DNA of 64,000 nt from Alphaproteobacteria bacterium (lineage in GTDB: Bacteria > Pseudomonadota > Alphaproteobacteria > Rickettsiales > SXRF01): the NCBI GenBank assembly GCA_025360605.1, contig JANYBV010000040.1:2193-66192 (forward strand), given 5' to 3'. The notes below the pieces were generated by a model. It worked only from the letters and a program-made list of their open reading frames with translations. It ran no database searches and was not told where the DNA came from. Both the position numbers and the translations under genes were made by a program. Every line of letters starts with the position of its first letter. Position 1 is the first letter of the stretch. Shown piece after piece: positions 1 through 10,298 of this stretch.

Positions 1-59
1 GAATGCTCGGAACGACGAAAGAAAGTCTGGCGGCTTTTGATTGTAAAAATGGTGAGAAT

Positions 60-1328
60 CTAGATCGAGCGCTGGACTTTTTGTCCAGCCACCGATACTC
101 CGGCGGCGATAGCCGCACCTGCACTGTTGGCAGCAAGTGCTACACCGCTGCTGAGGGATGTTTGCAGGGCTTTGGTCACGGCGCTTTCCATCGCCGCTTT
201 TTCTACCACCGCAGCAGACTGAACCTGAATACGGTAGTTACCCATGCCGTGGTTGGTTTTCGTTCCATTGACCAATGTATCAACTGCAGAGGTGTTAAAG
301 TGCAGTCCTTTGCCGGTGGAATAGGTGGTTGCACCGGAAAATATATGCTCACCGGCAAGAATAACAGGTTTTACTGCATGTACATAATCACCGGCTAGCG
401 AGGAGGGTATAGGATCGTTTGCGGTGACTACCCTGACGTTATTGCCATCTGTTGCTCTTTGAATGCGCTCGGCAAAGGCTTTGTTGCCCACATGCGGTGA
501 ACCGAACGTTACTGTTTCTATTTTATACTCAGGATGTTTTTCTTTGGTTTTAACGGCTAACACCTGCGCCACCGCACCGCCAAGGGAATGGCCTGAAAAT
601 TTGACAGTTTGCACTTCTTTTGGCATCAGTTTTTCAATCGCCGGAGCCAGTTCGCTGGCGCGGACTTCATAACCGGAATGATGCTGCGCTCCATCCTTTG
701 CATCGGGTGCCGTCATGCCAACGCGGCGGTTTTTATCCCAGTCTGCGCCTGTTTTTGTTCCACGGATAGCGACTTCAAAATTGCCATTACCTTTATCAAC
801 AACCAGTGCATCCATTAATTTGCCGTTCTGAGAATAAACGGCGGATATCTTTTCTACCCTGCCATTACCAAGGTCTGTGGTGAGGGATTCAACTTGGCCT
901 TTATCATTTTTCTTAGAGGTTACTGTGGTTTTATTACCGTTATTATCAACGGCAGTAAAGCCGACCTGAGTTTTGCCATCAGCTCCCATGATCGGGGTGA
1001 TTTTAGAAATGCCACTCATGCGCATTTCCATGGCTTTCATTTCTGCTTCTAAACCACCTAATTTGTAAACAACGCTGTCTAACTTTGCGGATTCCTCAAC
1101 GCTTTGCGTTGTTATGCTGGTGTTATGGCCTGTTGCAGCGTGTATAGCATCGGTTAGATTATTTTCCCTGCTGGCACTGGTGGTATTTTGTAGTTGGGAA
1201 TTGTTTACTATATAATCACCCAGTTTTTCACCAGGGACACGGACAACCGCTACCACAGCGTCTTTCATGCCTACAGCCGCTGTCTTAATTTCCGAAGCTT
1301 TGCGCTTTATGTAAGATCTTGCTCCCAT
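60..1328 (-). CDS. class-3 (Lipase_3-type) lipase / alpha-beta hydrolase, possible secreted effector
   Basis: 422-aa ORF. Nucleophile elbow GHSLGG (FSGHSLGGAVAQ), then ANDPIP (Asp) and TNHGMGNY (His), in the Ser-Asp-His order of class-3 lipases. The ~200-aa N-terminal part is unrecognised. No obvious Sec signal peptide. Confidence 0.75.
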   Translation of the reverse strand: MGARSYIKRKASEIKTAAVGMKDAVVAVVRVPGEKLGDYIVNNSQLQNTTSASRENNLTDAIHAATGHNTSITTQSVEESAKLDSVVYKLGGLEAEMKAMEMRMSGISKITPIMGADGKTQVGFTAVDNNGNKTTVTSKKNDKGQVESLTTDLGNGRVEKISAVYSQNGKLMDALVVDKGNGNFEVAIRGTKTGADWDKNRRVGMTAPDAKDGAQHHSGYEVRASELAPAIEKLMPKEVQTVKFSGHSLGGAVAQVLAVKTKEKHPEYKIETVTFGSPHVGNKAFAERIQRATDGNNVRVVTANDPIPSSLAGDYVHAVKPVILAGEHIFSGATTYSTGKGLHFNTSAVDTLVNGTKTNHGMGNYRIQVQSAAVVEKAAMESAVTKALQTSLSSGVALAANSAGAAIAAGVSVAGQKVQRSI

Positions 1329-1503
1329 GACTAGATCCTACCATAAACATGTTACAGTAATATTAAGGAAGGTTAATATTGCTGGTTATGGTGATAAAGC
1401 CCGCAGGTTGTGATGGATATATCTAATTGATTTAAAGCAGTTATATTAAAAATAATGCACTTTAAAACAATTCATACCCATGAGTATAATATAGCTGATT
1501 TTC

Positions 1504-2502
1504 TTATTTTAGCTGTGGGCAGGCCGACAGGCTGTCAGCAGTACTCAAAATATCAAGATTATGCGTCCATAAATCCGAAAAATTATCCAACTTACGGTAA
1601 TTGTTATCTAAAGTGGTATGTGGCAGGTTTATCAGGATACTTAATATATGGGCGTGCAGGCGGTCGGTGATTAGGTATTCTGCCGATGAGAGCAGCGTAA
1701 GGCCGCGTTTGAGGCGGGCTTCGGCAAAGCCACGGTACAGCTTTTCACGCTGGTAATGCTTATTCAAAGCCCTGAAACCTAAATCCGGCAAGAGGCGCAA
1801 GATGGTTTGCTTGCGAACACGGGCGTGCATGCCCGCTTCATCCTCCAGCCAATCCGCTACCAGCGTACCTTCGGGTAAATGAATGGATGTCTGATTTAGG
1901 GCTGATTTCTCATGATCGGTGCGCATGAGCAGTAATAATGAATAGGTAGGCTTCACTGGTTTAGGCAGGGAACCGATGCAAAACGCCATATCGGGGCATA
2001 GCTGCACGTTGCAGGAAAAATTTTCCTTGGCGATGGCGTAGCTTTGGTTATCGCGCACTAGTAGCGTGAAGTTACGGTGCGCGTTGATGATGGCAGCGGC
2101 CTTGCGTAAGGATTCGGCATTTGAAAAATGGAGGGATTGCGGGAGCTGAACCACGGCGTGGTTTGGAAAACGCGTCAGCACCTCTTCGCGGAACTGCTGG
2201 TGCTGTGGCCATATATCGCCAAAATTACCCCCGCCATGCAGGAAAATCGTTCCGTTGCCAACTTTATGTTCTAATTGTTCCCAGTCTATATTCTGGTAGT
2301 GGCACACATACGCCGGAGTGGCTTTGTGAAAATTGCGGAAATAATTGATTTCACCCAGCCATATCGCGCTATCGCCAACATTCGCATGGTCAGGATAATC
2401 CAGCAGGACAAAACGCTGCGACGTGGGAACCAGCGGGGCAAGCACCTCGTGGATTTTTTCTTGCAGTTGGGTGATGAGTTCTTCGGAAGTGACTTTAGTC
2501 AT
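1504..2502 (-). CDS. polysaccharide pyruvyl transferase (ExoV-like)
   Basis: Motifs DYPDHANVGDSAIWLGE, LHGGGNFGD and ITDRLHAHI are typical of the PS pyruvyl transferase family. ATG at 2502 is preferred over the TTG at 2535 used by the ORF track. Sits in the EPS cluster. Confidence 0.7.
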   Translation of the reverse strand: MTKVTSEELITQLQEKIHEVLAPLVPTSQRFVLLDYPDHANVGDSAIWLGEINYFRNFHKATPAYVCHYQNIDWEQLEHKVGNGTIFLHGGGNFGDIWPQHQQFREEVLTRFPNHAVVQLPQSLHFSNAESLRKAAAIINAHRNFTLLVRDNQSYAIAKENFSCNVQLCPDMAFCIGSLPKPVKPTYSLLLLMRTDHEKSALNQTSIHLPEGTLVADWLEDEAGMHARVRKQTILRLLPDLGFRALNKHYQREKLYRGFAEARLKRGLTLLSSAEYLITDRLHAHILSILINLPHTTLDNNYRKLDNFSDLWTHNLDILSTADSLSACPQLK

Positions 2503-3424
2503 TGGCGTTGTTTTTCGTGATACTGACCAAGGCAAATTTCAGCATTCCTTTCAGCACATAGACGAATTTATCGCAGAACGAAAAGTTCCAGTCCGGCAGG
2601 TAGCTGTTCTGGCCTTTGAGGAGTTCCTTAAAACAATTGCGTGCATCCCAGTACAGGCCACGGCAGAGGTGAGGGGTTTTAAAAAGGTATTTAGCGTAGA
2701 GTGCGCCGTTGGAAATGGTGTAATTGGTAACAAGCTTATGGGCATCTTTGGTTGATTTGCGGCCATGCCAGTGGTGTATCAGCATATCGGGTACATATTC
2801 TACGGCAATGCCTGCCAGATAGGCGCGCACATAGTAATCCGTATTCTCTCCCCCAGGGATGCTGGTGCCAGCACCCAAGCGTTCATCAAACACACCAAGT
2901 CTGTCAATGACCGTCCGTGGCATGGCCATGTTGCATCCGCAGATGGCTTCGCCGCCCATGAGGGCATATTTGGACGAAGGGGTGCTGTGATCCCAGCGCA
3001 TCGGCGTGCGGTCGGTTTTGATGGTTAGGGGTAAATCAGTTTTATCGCCCAGCTCAATACGTCCGCCGCGCATGACAGGTTCTTTGTCCTGAGCGTAATG
3101 ACGGTAGAGGTCGTTAATGTAATCCTTATCCATGCGGCAGTCATCGTCGGTAAAGACGATAATGTCGCCCTTGGCGGCGCGGATGCCGCAGTTGCGCGCA
3201 CTGGCGAGGCCTTTTTTCGCTTCGTACAGGATTTGCACCGGAAAAGGCCGCTGGAAGGACCATTCGTTTAACAACTCGGCGGTGCTGTCGCTGGATGCAT
3301 TATCCACGATCACTATTTCAGCATCGGCAGACGGGGTATTGGCAATGGCATCCGAGAGTGAGTCAAGGCAGGGGGTCAGCGCGTATGCCCGATTAAAAGT
3401 GCAGACAATTATGGAAAGCTTCAT
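2495..3424 (-). CDS. family-2 glycosyltransferase (ExoW/ExoU-like)
   Basis: N-terminus MKLSIIVCTFNR, then VDNASSDST and FTDDDC (DxD), a GT2 signature. ATG at 3424 gives the usual short N-terminus; the ORF track extends to 3457. Confidence 0.8.
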   Translation of the reverse strand: MKLSIIVCTFNRAYALTPCLDSLSDAIANTPSADAEIVIVDNASSDSTAELLNEWSFQRPFPVQILYEAKKGLASARNCGIRAAKGDIIVFTDDDCRMDKDYINDLYRHYAQDKEPVMRGGRIELGDKTDLPLTIKTDRTPMRWDHSTPSSKYALMGGEAICGCNMAMPRTVIDRLGVFDERLGAGTSIPGGENTDYYVRAYLAGIAVEYVPDMLIHHWHGRKSTKDAHKLVTNYTISNGALYAKYLFKTPHLCRGLYWDARNCFKELLKGQNSYLPDWNFSFCDKFVYVLKGMLKFALVSITKNNAND

Positions 3425-3566
3425 CGCAGTACCCTGATGCATGGTTTTCGGTAACAACAGAAGTTTATAGGCTATTTATCCGGACTCGCAAGACGTGATT
3501 CAAGGCTTATAATTCCTTTGTAACCTGCCGCACAATTCCTTATAACCTACAGGACTATTTATTCTT

Positions 3567-5015
3567 TTGAGTGGGTTTGCTGTGTCGTTTCGTAAGATTA
3601 TCATGGGTACTGCCGCGATGTCCTCGGTGAGCGCGCTGCGGCTTTTATCCCAATTTCTCGTTATCCCGATTTTATCACGGTTGCTGTCGCCCACCGATTA
3701 CGGCCTGATGGCCATTGCCATGCCTTTTGTGCTGTTTACCATGATGTTTGCCGATGCCGGAGTGGGGCGGTCACTGGTCAGAACCCCGTCGGTTGAAAAA
3801 GACGTGTGGTCCACCTGTTTCTGGCTATCGATTATTCTCGGGTTTTTCCTCGGGCTGATTATGATTGCAGTAGCGCCTGTGGCCGCAGCGATATTCCATG
3901 AACCGGAATTGCAACCCATTATCATGTCGCTTTCGGTGGTAATTTTTGCGCAGGCGGTGTCGACGATTCCGGGGGCGGCGCTGCAACAACACCATAAATT
4001 TAAAGCCATTGCCGCTATTGAAATGGCTGGTCTGGTTACAGGGATTGTGGTGGCTATTGGTGTTGCGCTGGCAGGCGGAGGGGCGTGGGCGCTCGTGGGT
4101 CAGCAGATCGCATTTTACATAGTCAGGGGAATAATGGCATTCTGGTGCGCCCCGTTTATGCCGCTGAGGGTGTTCAGCCTAAAATTGGTAAAAGAACATC
4201 TGGTATTCGGGCGCGATATTATCGGTGTGGCTATTGTGCAGCTTATTTCGCGCTCCGCCGATAATCTCATCATTGGAAAGATACTCGGTTCGGCGGTGGT
4301 GGGTGTGTATTCTATGGCATTCCAGTTTGCCCGTTTGCCGGTGATTCTGGTGACAGGGCCACTGCAATATGTGCTGTATGCGCAGCTGGCGCAGATTAAA
4401 CATAATGTTATGGCGGTCAGTCAGGTGTTTTTACTGCTCACGCGGATACTCGCCATTGTTATTTTCCCTGTGATGGGCATGGCGGCGGTCGCGCATCAGC
4501 CGATCTTTAAATGGCTGTTGTCGGAAAAATGGACGATGTCCGGCGAGATCTTTATGATTGCTGCCGGAGCCTGCGCGTTGCAGACGCTGACGGGGCTTGG
4601 GGGCACTATTATGATGGTGCTGGGGCGCACGGAAATACAGTTTAAGGTGACTGCTGAATTTGCAGCGCTCTGGGTGGTAAGTTTGCTCATTGCTGTGTGG
4701 TATGGGTTGGATGTATCCACCATGACCTACAACATTGTGGTGTTGGCTTATACGCCGCGTTTACTCATGCTCCTGTTGCCTATCATTCAGTGTTCCATGG
4801 GCAAATACCTGCACACGATACTGACGCCGGCGGTTATCGCCTTGGTGTGTATTCTTACTTACATGTTGTTGAACCGTTCATTGGAGCTGAGCCAGTGGCC
4901 GCAGATTCTTCTCAGTGCATTGCTTGCGCTGATTGGGGTGGGTATCAGCGCGTTGGTACAAAAGAACCAGCTTGCCACTGAAATTAGCCTATGCCGAAAG
5001 GCTCTGATTGCGTAA
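3567..5015 (+). CDS. polysaccharide flippase, MOP/Wzx family (ExoT-like)
   Basis: 482 aa and about 12-14 hydrophobic segments. The N-terminal pattern ...LSQFLVIPILSRLLSPTDYG is typical of Wzx/PST flippases. Start is TTG at 3567; alternatives are GTG 3582 and ATG 3603. Confidence 0.75.
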   Translation: MSGFAVSFRKIIMGTAAMSSVSALRLLSQFLVIPILSRLLSPTDYGLMAIAMPFVLFTMMFADAGVGRSLVRTPSVEKDVWSTCFWLSIILGFFLGLIMIAVAPVAAAIFHEPELQPIIMSLSVVIFAQAVSTIPGAALQQHHKFKAIAAIEMAGLVTGIVVAIGVALAGGGAWALVGQQIAFYIVRGIMAFWCAPFMPLRVFSLKLVKEHLVFGRDIIGVAIVQLISRSADNLIIGKILGSAVVGVYSMAFQFARLPVILVTGPLQYVLYAQLAQIKHNVMAVSQVFLLLTRILAIVIFPVMGMAAVAHQPIFKWLLSEKWTMSGEIFMIAAGACALQTLTGLGGTIMMVLGRTEIQFKVTAEFAALWVVSLLIAVWYGLDVSTMTYNIVVLAYTPRLLMLLLPIIQCSMGKYLHTILTPAVIALVCILTYMLLNRSLELSQWPQILLSALLALIGVGISALVQKNQLATEISLCRKALIA

Positions 5016-6299
5016 CTGATTGCGCTGCTCGCGGTGGAATGTGGCGAGCCTTGGGATCACTGAATAAAAAAGCAAGGGGCCAATGCTGAAGGTGCCGATG
5101 ATGTCCACTTCCACCATTGCGCGGATAAGGAACATGATGGAGATGCCCAGCGCAAGAATGTATTCGACGCTCATGCCGTTGCGGATAATCAGAGTGATGC
5201 TCTTCCAGCAATTTCCCAGAATAAGAAAGGTGACTAGTGCCGCACCAACAATTCCAAGTTCGACAAAGGTTTCTAAAAATACGTTATGGAAGTGAAACCC
5301 GATTCTGGCTTTTACGCCAAACTCTGACCAAAGCTGTTCGGCTTTGCGGTTCCCCGGAACCCAGAATGCGGAATATCCATGCCCGAGAACAGGAGTCTGG
5401 GCGCCACTTTTAATGGCTTCATCCCATAAATGGGTGCGTCCTGTGAGCGTGCTGTCTTTGCCGAATCCCTTCAGGATGGTATCCTGTGCGTCATACGCAA
5501 CGCCGATAACTGTTCCTATGAGCATGATGAACGTGAACATGGCAAAAGTGGCTGTGCGAAAGGAACGCGGAATTTTACCAATGATGACGGCAGCAAAAAT
5601 GGCTAGCAAAATGACGATCAGTGACAACATGGACGAGGCTGATTTGCTCAGGTACATGGATAAGGCAAACACGCAAAGCGGGCCATAAGCGAATATGATT
5701 TTTTCAATGAAACTTTGCCTGATGAAAAGGCTCAGAACGGAAAGGAAAATGCCAATTTCAGCAAACAGACCCACCATGTTTTTTGAGCCAAACAAGCCAA
5801 TCAGTGCATTTTTACCGCTAAAAGGGTCAACGCCGTACACCCCACTAGCAATGGAGGCAACCAACACCAGCACCGAACCGATAATCACTCCCCTGATAAA
5901 AGCGGGTGTGCGGACAATTCTGGAGATGATGACGGTGCAGAAGATCAGGGATAAATATTCCAGAGACGAATAAATGCTTACAGACCAGTAATTCGACCAA
6001 GCGGTGGAGATTATTCCAAGTAGGGCGAGGGAGGTGACAAACAGCAGTTCTTTGGATGGCTGTAAAAGGAACACTCCTTTAAAGCTGATTTTGGGTAGCC
6101 ACATGGCGTACATGACGATAATCGAGGCGATACCGAACAACCCGCCGTAAGCAAGAATGATGGTGGTGATAGCAACATAAATCACCCCAAAAAAGTTATT
6201 GAGTCGTGGTTCGGTCTTTTTTGAATTTCTTTCGTGTTCCAGTCTTGCGAAGTTCTGGGAAAGACTTGTTGGTATGGATTGCGGGGTGTTTAGTGTCAT
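4989..6299 (-). CDS. O-antigen ligase/polymerase-family protein (Wzy, ExoQ-like)
   Basis: 436 aa, polytopic. Periplasmic loop with GRTHLWDEAI...GHGYSAFW and HNVFLETFVELGIVG, as in the Wzy_C/O-antigen ligase domain. ATGA overlap with the upstream GT2 gene. Confidence 0.75.
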   Translation of the reverse strand: MTLNTPQSIPTSLSQNFARLEHERNSKKTEPRLNNFFGVIYVAITTIILAYGGLFGIASIIVMYAMWLPKISFKGVFLLQPSKELLFVTSLALLGIISTAWSNYWSVSIYSSLEYLSLIFCTVIISRIVRTPAFIRGVIIGSVLVLVASIASGVYGVDPFSGKNALIGLFGSKNMVGLFAEIGIFLSVLSLFIRQSFIEKIIFAYGPLCVFALSMYLSKSASSMLSLIVILLAIFAAVIIGKIPRSFRTATFAMFTFIMLIGTVIGVAYDAQDTILKGFGKDSTLTGRTHLWDEAIKSGAQTPVLGHGYSAFWVPGNRKAEQLWSEFGVKARIGFHFHNVFLETFVELGIVGAALVTFLILGNCWKSITLIIRNGMSVEYILALGISIMFLIRAMVEVDIIGTFSIGPLLFYSVIPRLATFHREQRNQLRNQSLSA

Positions 6300-7231
6300 G
6301 ATGTCCTGAACAAGCGTTTGATGCGCACTTCCAGCGGCCGTCGCAATAACCAGAGTGTCACAGGATGTAAAGCTACTGTTTTTAGCGCGCTATACCAATC
6401 TTTTTGTTTGAGAAAATCGATAATTTGCGTGTAGGCAAGCTCTTGTTTTAGATCATGAGTGCGGCTGGCCTGTGCCTTGGCGGTTGCCGTATCCATGCTA
6501 TAACGCCCCAGCAGCCGGTGGTCGGCTTCCAGCATGCGGTGAATATTGTTCTGTGAAAGACGGTAGGAAATGGAGCTGCTGCGGGCGGTATAACGGTATC
6601 CGGCGGTGGGCTCGATGATGCAGCTTGCACCTTTTAACAGGCATTCGAGCAGTAGCTGGTAGTCCTCGCCAATCAGAAGGTCGGTATCGTACGATAGTCG
6701 ATTATGGTTCAGGAACCGGCGTAAAAAAATTGGTTTAAGATAACCCAGCGTATAATTGTTTTTACAGGATATTTTTCCACGGATGAAGTCTGCTGCACTC
6801 AAAGGCGATAGAGCGTTAAATGCCTCGGTTGGAAACATGAGAAATTCGGCACCGTCGGATTCGCGGCACACCAGAAGATTGTCGACAATCACATCTGCTT
6901 TGCTGTGAGACAGACAGAAGGTGAGGCGGTTGGGTGCATAGGCATCGTCACCGTCCAGCACCGCTATCCATTCCCCTTGCGCGATGTTGAAACCGGCATT
7001 GCGTGCCGCCGCGGGGCCTGCATTGGCTGGCAGCCGGATGGATTTTACTCTGGGGTCGGCTATCTGGGAAATAATGTTCCACGAATTATCGGTGGACGCA
7101 TCATCCACCACGATCACTTCTAATGTCACGCCTTGTTGGTGCAGCGCGCTGTCTATGGCGCGTGTGATGTAGCTTTCAACATTGTAGCACGTGATGATGA
7201 CCGATACGTCTATGCCGGAAGCCGCGCCCAT
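6296..7231 (-). CDS. family-2 glycosyltransferase (ExoO-like position)
   Basis: VSVIITCYNVESYITRAIDSAL, VVDDASTDNS and LDGDD motifs. ATG at 7231 is preferred over the TTG at 7252. Confidence 0.8.
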   Translation of the reverse strand: MGAASGIDVSVIITCYNVESYITRAIDSALHQQGVTLEVIVVDDASTDNSWNIISQIADPRVKSIRLPANAGPAAARNAGFNIAQGEWIAVLDGDDAYAPNRLTFCLSHSKADVIVDNLLVCRESDGAEFLMFPTEAFNALSPLSAADFIRGKISCKNNYTLGYLKPIFLRRFLNHNRLSYDTDLLIGEDYQLLLECLLKGASCIIEPTAGYRYTARSSSISYRLSQNNIHRMLEADHRLLGRYSMDTATAKAQASRTHDLKQELAYTQIIDFLKQKDWYSALKTVALHPVTLWLLRRPLEVRIKRLFRTS

Positions 7232-7235
7232 ATCC

Positions 7236-8147
7236 TTAGGAGTAAGGCTCAATGATTTTTACGCCCAGCAGGCGGGAGGCGACGCCGAGATGCAAGGCAC
7301 TGCGCAATAGCCAGAAGCGGCTGCGTTCAGGATGGGAGATGTTAGGTAACGCCAGAATAACGCAATACAGCGCTTTTAACTCGGCAAGTGCAAGGTTCTT
7401 CAAGCGGTTCAGCAAACCGAAACCTGATCCTTCGAGCAATAGGAGGGCATGCGTTTGCCCCGAGCGGTACCGCCTTTTTAAAAGCCATGAGAGATTGGCG
7501 CGGTTGGCGGGCACAATTTCGGTCACCAGTGCTTCAGGGGCATAAGAAATACGCCCGCCCGCCTTATAGATGGTGGAGAAAAATACGGTGTCTTCACCGC
7601 CCGTGCGGCCAAGGTCGGCACGAAAGCGCAAACCCGCGATGGATTTGGCGGTGCGGCTAAACAACACGTTGCAGGTATAGCCGGTAATGATATGGCCGTT
7701 GACCCATGTGGGGCGGGTGGAATGGAAGTCACCATTACGCATCCACTCGGGGCAGTTGGTTTCATATTCTGCACGAACGCGCCCCAGCACCACTTCGGTG
7801 CTGTTGTTCTGATAGGCGGCGATCATGGCTTCCAGCCATTCGGGTGTTACCATTTCGTCGTCATCGACAAAAGCGATCAGGTCGCTGTTGGATTTATTTA
7901 AACAGGCGTTGCGGGCAATGGAGATGTTGCGGGCAGGGGCGTGAATGTAGGTAAGCGCCAGACCGGTTTCGCGCGCTGTGGATTCGGCGAGTTCGCGCGC
8001 ACTTGGCGTGTCGTCGTTGTCGGCAACGATGATATTCACGCGCCAGTCAGGATTAAGTAACAACTTCGATAAGGAATGTAGCGTATCAGCGAGATGGAGC
8101 CTGCGGAAGGTACAAACGCATATATCGATACTTAATTGAGCGGCCAT
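7236..8147 (-). CDS. family-2 glycosyltransferase (ExoM-like)
   Basis: IDICVCTFRR, ADNDD and FVDDDE motifs. 303 aa, against my recollection of ~309 aa for ExoM. Lies directly downstream of the ExoA-like gene, with a TAATG overlap. Confidence 0.75.
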   Translation of the reverse strand: MAAQLSIDICVCTFRRLHLADTLHSLSKLLLNPDWRVNIIVADNDDTPSARELAESTARETGLALTYIHAPARNISIARNACLNKSNSDLIAFVDDDEMVTPEWLEAMIAAYQNNSTEVVLGRVRAEYETNCPEWMRNGDFHSTRPTWVNGHIITGYTCNVLFSRTAKSIAGLRFRADLGRTGGEDTVFFSTIYKAGGRISYAPEALVTEIVPANRANLSWLLKRRYRSGQTHALLLLEGSGFGLLNRLKNLALAELKALYCVILALPNISHPERSRFWLLRSALHLGVASRLLGVKIIEPYS

Positions 8148-9139
8148 TATGCGTGCGTTCCTGTTGCGTTTTTGAGTAGTGCTTCCCTGATGCCTAACCA
8201 GAAGCCTAAAGACCAGCTGAAATGCATGATCATGGCGGCGGGGCCAGAAAGAGCTAGGGTTACATTATGTGCTTTATAGCCAATCAATGCGCCATAAGCG
8301 ATACATAATCCTGCCCAAGCGATGAAAGGCACTGCCATAAGCTTGCAAAAAGGGAATAATAACGCCAGCAACGCTGCGGGAAAAACAGCTACAGGCAGCA
8401 GCTGGCGTAGCTTGGGGCGTGTATGGTGTTTGAGGATGTTACGCACTCGACCTTTTCCGTATTGCATATACTGCCTGAAGAGTTTAACAGGCGATGGCCT
8501 TGGATAATATATTAAATTTGTTTTTGCCGTAAGCCATATTTTACAGCCTGCCTTGGTAAGGCGTGTATCCAGTTCTGCGTCTTCGTTGTGGGAAAAATTC
8601 TCGTCATAGTGTCCGGCGGTATTAAAGGCCTTCACTTTCATCAGCGCGTGATGGCCGTGATCCACCCAGCAACCTTGCGTGATACCGGCGCGGTGGGCGG
8701 AACCGCCATTACCTAATTTTGAATTCTGTGCGGCGGCAACGGCTTTCTGGAACCCTGACTTGCCTTGGGTGTCCATGGCCACGACGACGGAATCTGCGCC
8801 AGTTGCCTGTGCTTCTTCGAGCAATATATGGCAGTAATTGTCGGGATAATCCGCATGGGCGTCAAGGCGGATGAAATAGTCGCAGTTTTGCGCAAAGGTG
8901 CTGACAGCCAGATTGACGGCAGCGCTTTGGATGCGTTTGGGATTATGAAGGTAGGTGATTTGCGGGTGTTCCGAGGCCAGTTTTTTGGCAATCTCCACTG
9001 TTTTATCGGTGCTGCCACCATCGGCGATGATGATGCGGGCGTTGCAGTTAGCCGTGTTTTTGAGGAGCTGAAGAACAAGGGATTCAATGGTTTGCTCTTC
9101 GTTTAAGCAGGGGATAATGACGAGTAGTTCAGATGTCAT
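8147..9139 (-). CDS. family-2 glycosyltransferase (ExoA-like)
   Basis: LLVIIPCLNEEQTIE, IIADGGSTDKT and RLDAH motifs plus C-terminal TM helices. 330 aa from the ATG at 9139. Position between the ExoL-like and ExoM-like genes matches the exo order. Confidence 0.75.
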   Translation of the reverse strand: MTSELLVIIPCLNEEQTIESLVLQLLKNTANCNARIIIADGGSTDKTVEIAKKLASEHPQITYLHNPKRIQSAAVNLAVSTFAQNCDYFIRLDAHADYPDNYCHILLEEAQATGADSVVVAMDTQGKSGFQKAVAAAQNSKLGNGGSAHRAGITQGCWVDHGHHALMKVKAFNTAGHYDENFSHNEDAELDTRLTKAGCKIWLTAKTNLIYYPRPSPVKLFRQYMQYGKGRVRNILKHHTRPKLRQLLPVAVFPAALLALLFPFCKLMAVPFIAWAGLCIAYGALIGYKAHNVTLALSGPAAMIMHFSWSLGFWLGIREALLKNATGTHA

Positions 9140-10298
9140 TGCGGGGTGCTTTTTCTGCAAATCGTAAGTAATTTACTAACTCTTTACAGTCCTGCGCGTT
9201 AAAATTCCAGCTATTAGATGGGATGGAGTCCATTTGGGTTTCCAAAACACGGTAGGATTGTGGGGTGAGCTGGTTAAAAAATGCAGCCAGTGTGGTGGCG
9301 GATATGTCAGGAAGAACAACCCCGATGTCCATGCGCTTCAGGGTGCGCCCTGTTTCCACGCTGTCTAACGCAATGGGAACGGTTTTAAACAAGCCGCCTT
9401 CATAGATGCGGTTGGGTAGCAGCCATGAGGAATTCAGGCCTTCTTCAAACATATCGATGGCCCAGCTAAAATGTACATCTTGATACATGGCGGCCAGATC
9501 TTCAGGATTTTTATACGCTCCCAGAAATTGTACGCCGGAAGTTGTACTCACGGTTTTGTGGAAATCAACAAACTGATCGAGCGCGGGGCGGCCACGGATA
9601 ATCACCTCGACAGCACCGTTTGATGTTCGTGCCAGCTCGCATAGTATATCAAGGCTTTTGCGGCAGCGTATGATGCCAAACCAGCCAATTTTCCATGGCT
9701 TTCCGGTTTGCCTTGCTGTTATTGATGCGGGGATTTCAGGGCAGGGGTAGACTTTATTTTCTACGAGCCGGATGGGCAAATGCACGTTTGACATGGCATT
9801 AAAATACTCGCTGATGAAGGCAGGCGAGCTGGTGATAACAGCGCAGGCACGTTTACAAAGCCACCCCTCCAATGCACGCAGAGTTTTGCTGATGATACCA
9901 CAACCCAGCATCAGACGGTGTATGTCGAGGCATTCATAAACAATAGCGGGGGGCTTTGGGCATAGGCTTCGCCCACGAACGGCAATAGCCAGCATTTCAA
10001 GGTTGCGGGCGAGGATGACATCGGCATCAACAAAGAGCTGCCGGTGTTTTTTGAGGAAAAGGATTTCTTTAATGACCGAGAGGATACGCTGGACAAAGCC
10101 GCCGTTGAAGGTCTGGCTTAAATTGACAGCCTTGCAACCAGCAACGTTTTCAATGGGGGATGAGGTGCGGCGAAAACCTAAGATGATGACGGAAGATCCG
10201 CCGTCCCTAAGCATGGTTGTGCGCTTAAGGACGGCAGCATCAGATAAGTCGTGAGCTAAGTATAAAACCTTCAAATCACCTTCCAATTCCTGAGGCAT
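9129..10298 (-). CDS. glycosyltransferase (ExoL-like; GT-B-type inferred)
   Basis: 389 aa. N-terminus LKVLYLAHDLSD..., no TM segments. Position between the GH16 (ExoK-like) and ExoA-like genes. Family call rests mostly on synteny and size. Confidence 0.55.
   Translation of the reverse strand: MPQELEGDLKVLYLAHDLSDAAVLKRTTMLRDGGSSVIILGFRRTSSPIENVAGCKAVNLSQTFNGGFVQRILSVIKEILFLKKHRQLFVDADVILARNLEMLAIAVRGRSLCPKPPAIVYECLDIHRLMLGCGIISKTLRALEGWLCKRACAVITSSPAFISEYFNAMSNVHLPIRLVENKVYPCPEIPASITARQTGKPWKIGWFGIIRCRKSLDILCELARTSNGAVEVIIRGRPALDQFVDFHKTVSTTSGVQFLGAYKNPEDLAAMYQDVHFSWAIDMFEEGLNSSWLLPNRIYEGGLFKTVPIALDSVETGRTLKRMDIGVVLPDISATTLAAFFNQLTPQSYRVLETQMDSIPSNSWNFNAQDCKELVNYLRFAEKAPRNDI

Noticed and set aside
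3-398. 131-aa ORF at the window start
   Set aside because: It is entirely antisense to the 3' part of the lipase gene, and it has no start context or motif.
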